A DNA stretch of 64,000 bases from Callorhinchus milii. Taxonomy: Eukaryota. The notes under the pieces were generated by a model. That model had not been told where the DNA came from. It worked only from the letters and a program-made list of their open reading frames with translations, and did not search any database. Numbering within the stretch: the first letter of the stretch is position 1; each line of letters opens with the position of its first letter. The position numbers and the translations under genes were made by a program. Of this stretch, positions 46,346 to 60,138 are shown in pieces. Location: contig NW_024704743.1 of the NCBI RefSeq assembly GCF_018977255.1, forward strand, positions 30,816,001 through 30,880,000, read 5' to 3'.

Positions 46346-47059
46346 TTTAGCAGGTCAATTGACTGCTGACACAATGTAAATAAAGTATATTTATGTCAAG
46401 GCTTGAGTTTGATGAAAACCCACTGTTGAGTTTTGTGTTGAGTCCAGCACTGGACAAAATCACTGATCGTCTCCCACCCACAAACCAGTTGCTAAAATGT
46501 CTTTACAAATAAAAAGTACAGTTTGTCAGGTTATGGGTTGCAAGCATTTCCTGCCATTTCGCCTCCTCTCTAGATCTGTTTATTTGGACGAAATCCATTA
46601 GTAGGAGATTCTGCAGAAACAGAGTCTACACAAACAATCTGGACGCTCTGCTATTTATATACACTGTGTCTCTTCAGACCAAGATCTTTCACACAGTTAC
46701 GAAGGGGACTAGCCTGCAATATTACATAATGGCATTCCTTATTAAGGAGACTGAGTGTTGCAAATGGAGACTCCTTCCAGTAACTAGCAGGACAACACAC
46801 ATAATGCTGATCTGCAAGAACTCTGCTCAGATGCAATGTATTTCTGTATTATTGGTCAAAGGAAGTCAAAAAAGATTCCCTAGTAAGGAATTATGTGAAC
46901 AAATTCCACAAATGGACCCCTACATGTCAACAGGCTAGAGTTTACAGTTTAATTGTAGTTTGGGTAATCAACCCTTGAATCCTTTGTCACCTTGTCTCCC
47001 TAGCATCTTCTTGCAATTTGAGTAAATGCTGCATCCCATTTTCTATTGTTTTGTCAATT

Positions 47060-47520
47060 TTCTTCCCTCTGCTCCTGAGGCCGTGACTTATGCTGAGGTG
47101 GGGTAGTACCTTGTGCATGTTGTATCCTCACGAGGCCGTTAAACAGGCATGAACCCACACAGCGAGTCTCAGCAGGCTATCCAACTGCAGAAGGCCCTCT
47201 GTCTGCACCTCAATGTCTATCTTTTTCATAACCAAAAGACAGAGAGAATAGAAGGGGGACAGTGAATGTCAATGAGTTACTCAACTGCGGGTTATCACAA
47301 CCAAGTACACTTCCCTCCTCACCCAACGTCTATCATGTTCATTTTCTAGCACAGATCACTAAACAGGGATCAGGAGAGCAAACCTTGACTGAGATTCCTC
47401 CCTCTCTAGCTCGAGGACACTGAGGCAAATTGTAACAACTCAACAGTTAACCCAGTTGAGATCATGTAGCACCAGAATGCTAGGAAACCTGGCCCATCCA
47501 GGACTGGTTCAGCACCACAC
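47060..47520 (-). mobile_element. Ancient SINE-like repeat, same family as 45295-45625
   Basis: Reverse-complement similarity (ggacactgaggcaaattgtaac..cagttgagatca). Confidence 0.5.
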
Positions 47521-50500
47521 TCGGCTCTATGTTCACTCACTGGCTATCGAGCCCTTTCTGCCTTAAGTTATTTACTCACACGAAGTCCATGGGGACAGGG
47601 GACATTGGAGATAGCAATAATAATGGTTGCATTTGATATAGTGCCTTATATATTGAGATTGCCAATGTTTGGCACACTTTCTGTCAGCCACACACTGAGA
47701 GCACCACTGAAGGAAGTTCAAGAACACCTTAGCTATGTTTTTTGCTGAAAAACATGGAAAGTTTATAGGATAGAAGCAAGTCATTTCATCCATTATGTCT
47801 TGACTGGCTCATCGAGTTAGCTCATCCCCACTGGGCCTATCAACTTTAATTTCTGATCTTTCCTTGAAACTCTTCAATGTTAACCTTTCCTCAAATAAGT
47901 CTCAAGTTCCTTTCAAATCATGCTAAATAGGAAAATTGAAACAAAGCGAGTCTCATAGCTTGCAAATAGTATATAAAATAAATCTTTAAAACTTTGAATT
48001 CTCTAACCCATTGTTTTGTGGATTCAGAAACTTTGTGATTCCCTCTGTCTTTGCAGGGAGCTTCATGGGAAGGCCAATGAATGCACTTGTTTACTAATGA
48101 AATCTATTAATTCTACTAGGAATGCCAAAATACCTTGTAGAGTTATAAGTTCTTTTACAGCAACACATGTGGATCTTTCTACCAGAAATAAAGCACAAGA
48201 AAATTTGGGATTCTTGTGAAATTATTTTTTAAAATTTGGTCTCCAGGGAATAGGCAGATATATGAGGGGGAATAAGATGAGTCGGCCCTTGTGTGGAAAA
48301 TAAAAATCGTGGACGAATGGCCTGTTTCTATGTTGTATCATTCTACGTAATTCTGACCTTCGCTGTTGTTGATAGAGCTGCTCGGTTTTCTTACAGAGAA
48401 AAATCTCAAGATGCAATCCAACTGTATCTCCATTTAGCTCTGTATGTAAAACAAAATAACCATTTCCTGGCACAGATATTCTTGAAAATGTTTATTGTGT
48501 GAAGGGAGATTGAGATGTGTAGCAAACAGCATTGCTTGATAACACGCACCGTCTGGAGCAATTGAATGATTCGATTTGTTTATTTTATGTGAAACATAAA
48601 CATTTTAGAGTAAACCTTTGAGGATTAACCCTCTGCAGGAATGCCATTCTGAACTGAACCAATTCCAGGCACCATATGGAATGGAAACTTGCACTCCATT
48701 GCCTCCTAAAGGGTTACACCAGCTGAAGAAGAAGCAGGCAGCAACTGTACTGCTGCAAATAGGACTAAGATCATTTTCTCCACAGATACGGATAATATTA
48801 CAGCGAAGGTTGATTTGATTCCTCACTGATGAAGAGAGAGGCTTTGTGTGCGGGTCCTCATCGACGTTCAACATCCATCAACAGGAAGTAGAATTCACTT
48901 CCCTTAAATCTCCTGCCAAAAGTTATTTAGAATGATGATCTTAAGGGAAGTAGCAGAGGCAGCAAGCAGCAGCAGGCAAATCGTTTGATGTGAGTGCGTA
49001 ACGGAGCCCGTTTCTTCACCGAAGGGGTCACTTTTTCTCGCTCCACCGTACAAGTCGGTCTTATTCTGTGGAGTACACTGAATGATAACAGTGCAAGTCA
49101 GCTGACTGCAGTGTCACAGTGCTGCCGGTTTCTTCACTATCGCAACTGCCAGAGCTAGCTCCTACTGCTGCAGTTTTCCAGTCGCAGTGCGGCAAAGCAG
49201 ACGTTGCAGCAGACACAAAGCAGCAATGGGATTCTTCACCTGCGTGTTTGTCTTGTTAGGCGCAAAAAAAAATGTCTCGGAGTGAAACAGCAATTGAGAA
49301 CCTCATTGGATTTTACAGGTTAATTTTTTTGGCATTGCAGTGCTTTCAGTTAAGCAGGTACCACAAAGAGGTCTGTGCCCACAGTGCTAGCAATGGGAGT
49401 GTTTGATGAAGGATGCTTTGCTATCCCCTGCCTCTTTATTAATAGTTTCCTGGTGCCACGCTGACATACCTGCAAGGTCGAGACAAAGGAAGCAGTACTT
49501 GTCATCGGCCATTTGATCAAGGCCTTTCGCGGTCACGCAGCCTGACTCTCCCGTCTGAACACAGATCAGGGATCAGTCATAATACGGATTGACACGCTTT
49601 CTGTCTCTGACTTAGCGCAGAGCTCAAATTAGAGGCCAGACTTGCTGACCTACTTCACTTCAAATCATTCCTGGATACGGGGCAGCAGCTGTTTAGTACC
49701 GACATTGCCGGCCATCGTGTGGAGAATCTCAGGGATTGCAGCACGTGTCCTGCTGGAGGCTGAGGAAATGGAGTTGCATACGATGGGGTTATCCGCTCGC
49801 AGTTTGGATGCAGATATTAAATCCAGATCGTCCCACCGGCTCATTGCTGTATTTTTTTTCACGTCCTGTATTGGGGATTACTTTGCCTGCAATAACGCCA
49901 GCGTTTAGTCGAGCGTCAGCCTCCGGAATGAATCCGATAACCTGCTTGTTTTACCTAACGGTCTTCACTGAATAAATGCAGTGCAGCTGGAAAAATAAAA
50001 GCTACAGTGTCGGCGTATGGAGTAGACACAAAGGAGGCACAGCACCATCACCTGGGTCACAGCGTTCTGGGTACCTCTTTCATCACAGTCGTGGCTTTAT
50101 TTTTCCCACATCAAGTTCAGGAGCTTCAGATGTCGCCAGGATGTGGTATTTAATGAGTCGAAAAACAACAGCCTGTGGAGACTGTGATATGAAACAGTGG
50201 CACATTTTAGGTTATTGCCAATTTGATGCATTTGGCATATGAGCCAGAGCCCTGAGGGATAGGCTCTACAAGAGGGAAGGAGATCGCAGTTGAAGGAATA
50301 AAAATGACAAGCGTAATGGAGAGTCTGCAGTGCAGATTGCCAGTGAGGCTGTTTCACAGATAGCAATTCTACCAGCCGCAAGAGGCTGAATAATTCATTG
50401 AATGAAATCATCCTGGATTCACCTTTTTTGGATAGGCCAGAATGATCAAAATTTCCGAGATATATATATATAAAAAAAATTTCCAACAATAATGAAATGT

Positions 50501-52109
50501 CAATTTGAGTCTGAAGGGCTGCCAAAGCTGGATGCTGCAGCTAAAAATTGTCTGATCCCATGACAATAACGATGCGAGGAATGTACTTCCCTAACAAAGC
50601 ACCATTCCGAGTGAAATAACGTTAACGGTGCTAAAAGCTAATGGGTAATCCTGCCGGCATCTCCTCTCATTCTCTGTGTTTTTGCTTTGCTGTGTAGCTG
50701 CTGCAGAATTTACTCCAGTTCAGCTCTTGTATGTTTCTTGCTCAAGGATTGGCTCAGTTTTCAATGTCACTTCAACCTTTCTTTTTAAGAGTGGTGTGTG
50801 TGTGTGTGTGTGTGTGTCTGCATGCATACCTACAGATACACAGAAACATTACTTAAATGGAAGTGTATAGCCTGGTAGCTGATACATAAACGGAAATGTC
50901 ACTCAGGGCTGAAGCACCACAGTGCATGGAGTACTGCAGTCATTTAGCCGGTCAATGCAAAACTGGCATTGCTAAAGTCCATTATTTCTTATGGAGACGA
51001 TCACAGCGGAACCTCCTCACCTCCGCAACCTTTGTCCATTCGCGAGCATTCTGCGGGTTTCTGTTCTCACCCGGAGGACACAAATTGATAACCAAAAATT
51101 GTGGATTCAAAAATAAAGGGATTACATATATGTTTTTTTTAAAAAAGCACGTGAAAAATGAAAAGAATGTTTGACTAGAAAGCTACTGGAGTGAGGCTTT
51201 ATCAGAACAAAAGCCTTAAATCTGCAACAGAAAATGAAACATTAAAACCAACAGTGGGAGGGGTTTTATCCGTAAAACAGTAAGTAAGACATCCTGATTA
51301 TAGGCTCGCTGTTGAATTCTGTAAATTTTTAGTGCTGTTCTTGACCATGTGATGCTGAAAATTTGATATAAAACGCCTTGAGGAGAAACAGAATTCAATG
51401 ATTCTGATACCATGTTATCAGCCTCCAATATGCTGCACTGCATCTAAGGCAAAATTAAAATGTGCCATTTTTAAGAATGCAGTAATTACCAAAGAAATCT
51501 TTTTTTTGCTTCTTTAAAGTTGCACGTTTTGTGCCACAGACGAAGCCTGGAGCAAATTCGGCATGGTTTAGAATCGTATTCACAATGTACTGTTTTCTGG
51601 AAAACAACCGGTCTTTCTGCAGCATTTAGGTAAGTAGACATCTGTATATGTCAGTGTATACTAATCACTTAACAGAATTGTTAACAAAATTAAATTGTAC
51701 AACAAGAGATATTTGGGATAAATGTGAAAAGGACAAGAAAAAGGGGTTTTGTTGTTCCCCCCCTCCCACTCTCACGGATCAAGGAGTTTAACCAGGGAGT
51801 AGCTGGCCGTACATGCAGCGAAGATCACACCCCCAGTCCTATGCTGATCTCAGCTGGGCGGAAGCACTAAAATGACCATGGTATCTCGGGATAGTAAAGA
51901 GAAAAATCTGATGGTAATTTGCTACTCCTGAACGCTGGCCAATGGCCCCTGGTGGAGCTGTGCGTGTTTGGAAACTAAGTGCGGACATTAGGCTTATCAT
52001 CAAACAGTCAGCGCCAATGTTCACACGTGAATAATGGCCTGTTGGGTGAGGCACTAGAGGGGAACCAGCCACTGTGGAACTGCACCCTAGAAGAAGGAGT
52101 TAAAATATC

Positions 52110-52330
52110 TTCAGGAGCAGAGGGTAGTAAACCTATGGAACAGGCTCCCTAGGGAGATAGTAGAAGCAGAAAATGGCATTTGTTTCAAGAACAAATTAAA
52201 TAGATTTCTGCTAAAAAATATCTCAGGATACAGCATATAGTTTGGGACACAATAGGTCAAGCAACTGCCAAGATGGTGGAAGGCAAACCAGATGGACTTT
52301 GGTTTTCTTTCGGCTAACAAATTCTTATAT
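52110..52330 (+). mobile_element. CR1 LINE 3' end
   Basis: Reads QRVVNLWNRLPREIVEAENGICFKNKLNRFL, a CR1 ORF2 terminus, followed by its 3' UTR. Confidence 0.85.
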
Positions 52331-53524
52331 TCTCAGAGAGGGCTTGAGAAAATTGGACAAGATTGTTAAGGAGGGGTAAACAAAAAACAAGTTATGCGAT
52401 CTAAAGTTAATTTGGAGTTTTTTCTGGAAGGTTCTGGTTTTATATACGTTATGTTTCTCCTGATTAATTCTGAGGTGAGACATTTGAGTGAACAGATCAT
52501 TTATCTAGTGTCTCAATAGAACCAACTGCATGATATAAGATAATAAATCTAGGTCGGATTTACATAAAACACTTCACATTTCATAAGATCCAGACTATAC
52601 AGTAGTATTGTTAATCTCAGCAGAACAGGTCTGTCAGGGGACTCGGTGTGCTTGAGTCTATGTAACTTCAAGGAAAAAGGATGACTTCCACACTATGTTT
52701 ATGCTGAGACCTGGTAATTTAATCCAGGCTCAGTAGTTAAATCCATACAAGTCCATTTAGTGGAGTCAGCCTGTCTATACAGAACTGCCTAAATTGACAC
52801 TTCAGACCTTGCTCGAGCAAGCAAATGCTGGGCACTTCTACGCACAAGTACTGTAAGATTTTTAGGTGCCCCTGGTGGCAACTGGATTTAGTGACTATTA
52901 CGAAATGGAGCAAGTGATTGGAAACAAGAGAGCGAGAGAAAAAAACAATCAGGAGGAATGCATCGGGTAGTATACCGAGACTAAAATAATGACTCTTGAG
53001 CCCACTGCTTGGCTGATATTTGGCGTGAGCCTGAATTGGCACCACCTTAGAGATTGACACCTGAAGTGGATCAATTAGGAACTCGTAGTTCAGTCAGATT
53101 ACAGAGAAGGACATGTACAAATCTGACCTCTGTTGGTCGTATAAATGTGCTTTGATGAAGAGTAGATAGCAAAACGTTTTTTTTCGATGTTTTCAGTAAG
53201 AACAAGATATAGCCATTTGGCCAACAAACCCACTCCTTCCACAGATGGTGAACAATCAGCCCAATTGTGGACACATTTAACCCTCAGATTGCTGGCAGGT
53301 CTGCAGAAACAACAGTAACTGTGGGGCCACTGGTTCCGCATATTTTCAACATATGCATCATCACAATAACACTACTTAAACATCAAAACTACCCAACTAT
53401 TAATCCTAAATTGCTATAATACTAAAAACATTGTTTAAAAAAGTAAATTCACCACGGCCATCCTCTCATCTTTCATTTCATTTTACTTTTTTTTACTCTC
53501 GTCATCCCTTTTTTTAAAAAATAA

Positions 53525-53815
53525 ACAGTGCATTTGATACAATCCCTTTCATGTCAGGAGACCATCTTAAAGTACTTCACAGGATTTCACTATAAAGCAT
53601 AGTGATTATATTTTGTAGGCGAACACGAGTTCATAGCCATGTCCCACAAACAGCCATGAAGGAAATGATCAACTTTATTTGGGGGTTTATTGGCCTCGAC
53701 AGAATGATAAACTGCCTTCTCTTTTCAAATTGTGCCATGGAATCTTTAATGTCCACCTGAACAGGCAGAAGGGATTTTAGTTTAACTTTTCATTCAAAGG
53801 ATGGCACCTCCAACA
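53525..53815 (-). mobile_element. Older Deu-type SINE
   Basis: Tail plus gccatggaatctttaatgtccacctgaac. Confidence 0.75.
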
Positions 53816-55574
53816 AAGTCCCCCCCTCCCCCGCACAATGGTGTTTTTATTGGCTGAGAACCAGCTTGAGAGGCAGGTTTCGTCGCCATGAAAAGCTCAG
53901 ACTCTGGAAAGTGATATACAATCAATTACTGTGTTTAAATGGCATGAGTGTAATGTCAAAACCCCAGAGATCAGATCCTGCCCACGCAAATGGTAGCATC
54001 ACAAGGAAAGACCGCCACAGCATCTGAAGGGTTAATTTCCTGAGAGCGAGTTCTGCATAAATATTCTGTGATGACCAAAAGTAATCAAGCAAACCTTCAG
54101 AATGGTCATCCATCCCCAACATCTCCACTATCTGCTCCCTCCATGGACAGCATTCCTTCTCCCTCCACCCTCCATTCTGCAAGCAGAAGACCCGTTTGAG
54201 CATTTGTTCATCTCAACTCTACACCAATCTTAGAATCCTCCAATACTGTTCCTTTTGAAGGAGTTAAATCAATGCGGCATCAATTGCCTTTGCTCGGAAT
54301 ATGTTCCACATACCCACTCCACCATGGAGCAAAAAAAATCTCCGATTTCCTGCAAGGCTTGTTAATTTTGAACTTGTCTCCTTTGATTCTGTGCTGACAA
54401 TCAATGTCAAATAGCATCCATCTGAATGCCCCTCAGCACTTCTTTGCAGCAGATTGCTGCAGTAAAGTGGAAACTTGTAAGTTAAATTTATTGTACTTCT
54501 GCTCTAGTGTTATGAAAATTCTGAGATTCTTCTGTTTGCTGCATATTTGGGATCTCTCACTTCACAGGCTGGGGAAAGTGGGGTCAGAGAAACATCCTGG
54601 TTTTAAGAAAACTAGAAATTGCCTCCACATCAAAATAGTTAAAGTTGACATATTTGTCAAAGCTCACCACAATGTTTAATGCATACACAGTGTAAACAGT
54701 ATTTGCATACTGTGTAAAATGGACACCAGGTGCAAACATAGTGCATGCACAAATGCAGTGCATGCACCTCCTGTCCAGGAGGTGCATGAACTGCATTTGT
54801 GCCTAACATGCAGGACACATGGGTTAACTATGTTGCTGCTATACTTTTCAGAAATAGAATACTAAGCTAATAAGCCTTCCAATATGCCCACATGAAGGGT
54901 ACTATATAAACGCAAGCTGCTGATGTTGGCTTCCCTAATGCAGCTTATCATGTTCTTTTTTGATCGTGCTGACGGTCATCTGCCCCCTCGCTCGCGGTCA
55001 GACTCCACCAATGTCAAGCGCTCCGTGATGCTACCCCACGTGCAGGGTGCTATATAAATGCAAGTCATTGTTGTTCACCGCTTTCAGGTCCCCTTCCTGG
55101 GTAGGCATGTTCCTTATTCAGTGTATAATATGTATAACATTGGAGTTGATGTTTAGACATAGATATGAGCTAGTCATTAGTTTTTATACATTGGATATAT
55201 CAGTGAAAGAGGCCTAATATACTGAATATATTGGTTAATGAGAATATTGATAGTAATAATAATCGTTCGCTCTCTCCCCACTTTCAAAGTCTGCCTCAGG
55301 ACATACCTCTTTATGACCTAATTTTTAGTCATCTTTCCCCTCTACCCACTTCGGCTCCCACCTCCACCTTGGGTGTCCAGCAGTAGTTTGAGCACTTTAA
55401 GGCATTCTCCTAACGTGAAAGATGCTAAATAAATGTATATTGTATTGTAAATGAACTCGATGGTTGGTCATGTAAGCAGCACATGTTGTGTAGTAAAAAT
55501 ATTGGGGTCAATGTTGCGGGATTTCTTAATGGATTTCTAAATTAAGAAATAGATATCTTAAATAAGAAACCCTT

Positions 55575-56035
55575 ATCTCAGTTGAGGTGCTTCAATTGGC
55601 CATTGTAGCGATGAATACAAGAGCCATGAGGTAATGCTACATTTGTATGAGACATTGGTCCAGCCCACAGTTGAAATACTTTGTCCAGTTTTGGGCATCT
55701 CATCAAAGAAACAATATCATAGCCATGGAGAGGACACAGCTTAAATTCACTGGATAATGTCAGCTATGAGACTGGACAATAAATTGACCATTATCACTCG
55801 AAGAAAAAGGGAGAGGTCAGAATTTTTTTTACACACAGTTTTGTTTCAGGAATACTGAATGCTTTACCGTTAATGGCCATGGGAACTAAGCATTTAAAAG
55901 GAAATTGGATAAATATGAGGGGAAAGAGCAGGGGAAGGGGATTAGAGGAGATGATTCCAATGGGGGAGCTTGCACTAGCATAGACATGATAGATTAAACA
56001 GCCTCCTTCTATGCTATAAGCTCTCTATTATTCTA
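55575..56035 (+). mobile_element. Decayed CR1 LINE 3' portion
   Basis: Reads YKSHEVMLHLYETLV.P..LKYFVQFWASH, with a CR1-like tail. Confidence 0.8.
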
Positions 56036-56864
56036 CCTTTACCCATGAGCTCTGTTGCATTTTCCACAAATTCACGTAAATTTGTACTGTACAAACTTAC
56101 CTTCCTTAAGCCCCTCCTTTCATGCATGTTTTTGCCTCTATCGGCTAATGCTTCCTTGACAAGCAGATTCCACTATTTTTTACACAGTTCAATGATAGAT
56201 ATCAGACTAACTGAGCAATGATTCACATAAGTTAGCTTCCAGTGCTCTGCTAGCATTCCTGAGACCAATGAGTTTGGCATCATTTTCCCCACTTCCACTA
56301 ATTTATTTTAGTGCTCCTGGATGCATTTCTTCTGCATCAGGTGCTCTCAAAATCTTCAGGTATTCGCGTTCTTCACGGTCATTTTATTGCAAAACATCAT
56401 TATTTTCTTCATAGACTTTGATGTTTCCCCTGCCACTTTAGTTTTGTGCCTGGGAATACTAATGGCACATTCTACTGTGAAAACTGTCACGAAAAGAAAT
56501 TATTTAAAGCTCTGCGATGGTATTCACTTCCCTGTTGTCTCATCTCTCGAATCCTTAAGGGAATCGACAGAATGAAATGAAATGACATTCAGGAAAGGTT
56601 TTCGCTCAGAAAAGAATCAAACAGAGTATAGGAGAATGTATCAGCTAGGTTTTTAAAAATGCGGTAAGTAAGTCTATCTCCAGCCCTTTCTCCTGACAAT
56701 CCTAAATAGTGTACTAGTGTATCAGTGAGGTCTTTGTACCTCACCCCACCACCACACCCCAACCACCTGCCTGCCCGTGGTGTTCCTCTTTCTATAGCTT
56801 GAAGCTTGTTTAGAATTTGACTGAACCTTTAAAGAATTTCTGTTCAGTGATATGCTATGTAAAA

Positions 56865-57245
56865 AGGAAAGAAGTTGTCAAAACATCACAAAGTGCCTCA
56901 CAGGTAATTACTGTCAAAACAGTGACTGCGTTTCCGTGGGCAACACAAGCGACAGTGTTTAGGTCAACAAGGTCACACAATTTTAGTGAATGACCAAATT
57001 ATCTGGAGGATTGTTGGCCAGGACACTGCAGAATCTCCCGTCTCCTTTCAAATAGAGTTATGGGATCTTTAACATCCTCCTGAATTGGCAGGCAGGACCT
57101 CAATGATACATCCAAAAGACAACACCTTTGGCCATGTAGTGCTCCCCTGGACTGTACTGGAGTGTCAGTTTAGACTATTAGCTCAAGTTCTGACAAGCTG
57201 GGTCACATGCGTCTGACCAAGAAGTGAGAGTGTTATCAACTGACC
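56865..57245 (-). mobile_element. Older Deu-type SINE
   Basis: Contains ggattgttggccaggacac and atgggatctttaacatcc. Confidence 0.7.
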
Positions 57246-57354
57246 TACGTATACCACCAAGCTGTTGAACTCACTCAGACTTCCCTGATCTTTGTTTATA
57301 CCTGTCCAAGTATGTAATTTTCTCCCTGCTTTACACTATGGATTAGTTATTATA

Positions 57355-57745
57355 GTCAGCCTGGTTCAGTTGGTAGCTTTCCCACCTGTGGGTCAGAAAG
57401 TTCTGAATTCAAGCCTCAGATAAAGACTTTGAGTACATAGTCCAGGTTTACAATCCAGCACACTGGTGAAGGAGTGTGGTCCTTTGGAACGAGATGTTAG
57501 ACTGACCTATCTATTTGCTTATTCAGGTGGATGTGAAAGATTTAATTCCACCATTCAAAAGGAGAAGGGAGTTTCAACTGGTGTCTTGGCCAACAATCTT
57601 CCCGATGAATTAGACATTTACTTGATGGCTGCTTGTGGTTACTGTGAGTAAATTTGACTGTCATGTTTGCCAACAAGTACACAAACACTACACTTGTGAA
57701 TTCCTTTGCGACTTGGCAATGTTATAACCACTATGTCAAATATAA
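57355..57745 (+). mobile_element. Older Deu-type SINE with tRNA-like head
   Basis: Contains cagcctggttcagttggtag, caggtggatgtgaaagat and ggtgtcttggccaac. Confidence 0.65.
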
Positions 57746-57889
57746 GGGTTAGTATTCGAATTATTAAATAATAACAGAATGGTGGAGCAGAGTTAGTGTT
57801 GTATCAGCTTGGCTCTGACTTGACATGACTCAGAAATATTTGATTTCCATACTAGGACTAGCTGACAAAGTGGGCTGACACTCTAATAC

Positions 57890-58145
57890 TTAGGTTGAGA
57901 TGTTGAACCCTTCTGCCTGTTCTGGTGAATCAAATGAACGTTAAAAATCCCATGGTACTATTTGGGAGAAAAGCAGGAAGGTGTCCCAGTGCCCTGGCTA
58001 TTATTTCTTCTCATCCTCATCCAAATTCACCAGAAGTAAATTCATTGATCATTCTCCCCATTGCTGTTCGCGGATTGCTGTTTCCACCCTTGCCGATGTC
58101 ACACATAGTCACTTCAATTCAAAGTAACTCATTCGATAAAGCATT
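57890..58145 (+). mobile_element. Older Deu-type SINE fragment
   Basis: Contains gaacgttaaaaatcccatggtactatttgg and cagtgccctggc. Confidence 0.65.
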
Positions 58146-58804
58146 TTCAGATCCTCCACTATGGTCAACTTTAGAAAACATCATCATCATTACTGGGAGA
58201 GGTTCTCTTTGTGTTCCTGGGGTTATGAAGGGGAAATGTATTACATGATCACACTGTGTATTTAATTCCCCACCTTCCCCATGTCCAGTGCAGGGTGGAA
58301 GTAACTTAAGGGAACTATTAATGCCTCTGTCAGGTCATTGAAATCACTCGGTCACTTACCCACAACCAGCATTAAATAAAAGCAAAAGTCCTATCCACTG
58401 ACTATTATCAAGAAGGCATAAAGAGCAAAATCATAATTTAAGTAAAATTAAACTATAATTTGAACCGTTATTAAATTCTGAAAGCAGCGCAGTACAAATT
58501 AATATAATACACAAGATTAGCAGCATACCATAAAGATGCTGCTTTAGCATTTCAGTAATGCTTATAATGAATATAAATTTAGGCCCACGGATATTCAAAA
58601 TTAAATTAACAACCTGAAATGATTTGGCGAATTTCACAAAAGAAATCTAAAAGCATTTATTGCATAATTTAATCAAATGCCCTGACTTTTAAGTGCTGTG
58701 TATGAATCAATACTCTTCCCCTAAGTGTTTCTCTGCCACATGATAATGCAGCATCATGTTCCACTTCACTAGATTATGAATAAGAACTATGGGAAATAAT
58801 AAAA

Positions 58805-59300
58805 TCCTAATAATACTTTACTTGATATAGTGCCTTTCATTTCAGAACGATGTCTCAAGCCCCTTCACAAGAAATATTGTGATGTGTAGTGACTGTGTGT
58901 TTTGTAGGTGAATGTGACAGCCAATTCGTGCACAGCAATATCCTACAAACACCCATGCAGTGACTGCCAATACATCTGGGGGGATTGTTGGGCAGGACAC
59001 AAGGAGAAACTCCTTTCTCTTTTTGAATAGTGAATAGTTTTGTGGGATCTTTAACATCCACCTGAACAATCAGAACGGGACCTCAGTTTTAATGGCACAC
59101 CTGAAGCATGACACCTATATAATAATAATAATCCTTGCATTTGATATAGCGCTTTTCATATCTTCTCGACGTCTCAAAGCGCTTCACAGCATATGCTGTA
59201 AAGTGAATTGACTCCATATTTGTGGGCGAAACCTCCTGCAAAGCAGCACACCCTCAGTGTTGTATTGGAGTGTCAGCTCGGGCTATATGAGTTCAAAGTC
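58805..59300 (-). mobile_element. Older Deu-type SINE containing a nested young SINE tail (~59118-59232)
   Basis: The old element is interrupted at gacacct / cctgcaaagcagcacac by a close match to the young SINE tail. Confidence 0.75.
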
Positions 59301-59751
59301 CTGAAAAGAACTTGCAGCAGACTCTTTACCCTTTCTTTATGATACATAGTTATGAAAGGAACATGAATTACATCTTCTTAATTCAGTGTGGCATTGGAAA
59401 CATTTCACTGAGTAGTGAATGCTGTAAATTATGCGTTCAGATGAAGCTAACGCGTAATTGCTGGCTGGAATCCTGGAAGGTCATAACTCGTCCTGAGTCA
59501 TAACAACTGCTTATACCACTTAAGCTGCTGGTCCTGGGTAAGTGGTTTGTATTCAGATACTGGCAGTTAAAGATGAGTTAGCAGGGCCGCAGGATTTCAG
59601 CGTATGTTATTTATATAGCAGACACAGATTGCCAGATACGAAGGAATGAAAGAGAAATCCCCACCTACAAAGAGAGTGTCCCAACAGTCAGTCAACATAG
59701 AGATAGTAGATGAAAATAGACTGAAGGCTTTTCTCAGAATGTATTACTTAG

Positions 59752-60138
59752 TTATAATAATGCTTGCATTTGATATAGCACCTTACCACGTTGTTGAGAC
59801 GTCTCAAAGCCCTTCACAGAATGTATTGTAAAGTGAATTGAATGTGTATTTTGTGGGTGAAACGCAGCAGTCAATTATGCACAGCAGTGTCCACAAACAG
59901 TCATGGATTGAGTGACCAATTTTTTTTAAAAAAATTTAATTTTTTTTAAATTGGGGGAGGGATTATTACCCCGAAAATCGATTCACCAATCAACTAACAT
60001 CTGGGTTTCTACTTACTGCTAAGTAAACAAAGGCGTGTGGAGTGAGCAAAATTGCCTAAGGTTTCGCCCCACTTGGGAATCGAACTCGGGTCTTCTCGCT
60101 TGCGAGGCAAGTGGGCTAACCACTACCCTACGAAATCC
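59752..60138 (-). mobile_element. Full-length tRNA-derived SINE (long subfamily)
   Basis: Reverse complement of the 39968-type element; the B box appears as ggaatcgaactc on the plus strand. Confidence 0.88.

Noticed and set aside
51940..52065. CTCF-like motifs
   Set aside because: They are imperfect matches inside a decayed repeat and cannot be supported without a PWM scan or ChIP.
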